Shown in pieces: positions 10,138-10,266 of a stretch of 10,266 nucleotides of DNA. Under the pieces are notes generated by a model. It was not told where the DNA came from, did no database searches, and saw nothing but the letters and a program-made list of their open reading frames with translations. The translations under genes and the position numbers were made by a program. The stretch covers positions 1 to 10,266 of the forward strand of contig CAVNZM010000089.1 in the NCBI GenBank assembly GCA_963693365.1, read 5' to 3'. The number at the start of each line of letters is the position of its first letter. Position 1 is the stretch's first letter. The stretch is from Amoebidium appalachense. Taxonomy: Eukaryota > Protista > Ichthyosporea.

Positions 10138-10266
10138 CATAGAGGTTTTATTTGTGGAAATTATTGACATAAATATTTTTCTGGGTAAACACGTAGGATG
10201 GGTGTTCGATACCAACATAACCATGTAGGCTTCATTTCGTGTTTTAGCAGTTAGCGGTTGGCTGCC
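10138..10266 (+). repeat. Direct repeat A2 (truncated by window end)
   Basis: Identical to 5234-5362. Confidence 0.95.

Larger units (their letters stand above)
5234..10266 (+). mobile_element. Tyrosine-recombinase retrotransposon (order DIRS), Ngaro-like, with split direct repeats; 3' end lies beyond the window
   Basis: gag, RT/RNase H and YR in that order with no DDE integrase or protease. No methyltransferase domain follows RNase H (it is present in DIRS/PAT and absent in Ngaro). The 5' end sequence recurs directly 112 bp after the YR stop. Confidence 0.92.

Noticed and set aside
5234-10266. Classification as an LTR (Gypsy/Copia) or DIRS1/PAT element
   Set aside because: YR replaces protease and DDE integrase; there are no inverted terminal repeats and no methyltransferase domain.

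Overview
Eukaryotic, repeat-rich window. Positions 1-5233 are non-coding: poly-C runs, (CA)n, (CCCT)n and (CACATG)n microsatellites, a diverged local duplication, a hairpin-rich segment at 3575-3843, and four tandem copies of a ~184-bp unit at 4262-5005. Positions 5234-10266 hold an apparently young tyrosine-recombinase (YR) retrotransposon of the Ngaro type (order DIRS). Its layout is direct repeat A1, promoter, gag with zinc fingers, RT/RNase H, YR, a putative B repeat and an identical A2 copy that runs off the window. It has no methyltransferase domain. The main observation is that neither pol nor YR has a usable ATG. Each is instead preceded by GCTAAC + pyrimidine tract + CAG, and both sites are in phase with one consensus donor inside gag (CAG|GTGAGA, 6028/6029). 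This suggests one 133-aa Gag leader exon is alternatively spliced to RT-RNase H or to YR, while a hairpin-occluded AATAAA after gag may control the unspliced gag message. Five single-base +1 homopolymer indels obscure the true pol/YR frames and may be sequencing errors. The splicing model is an inference from sequence only.
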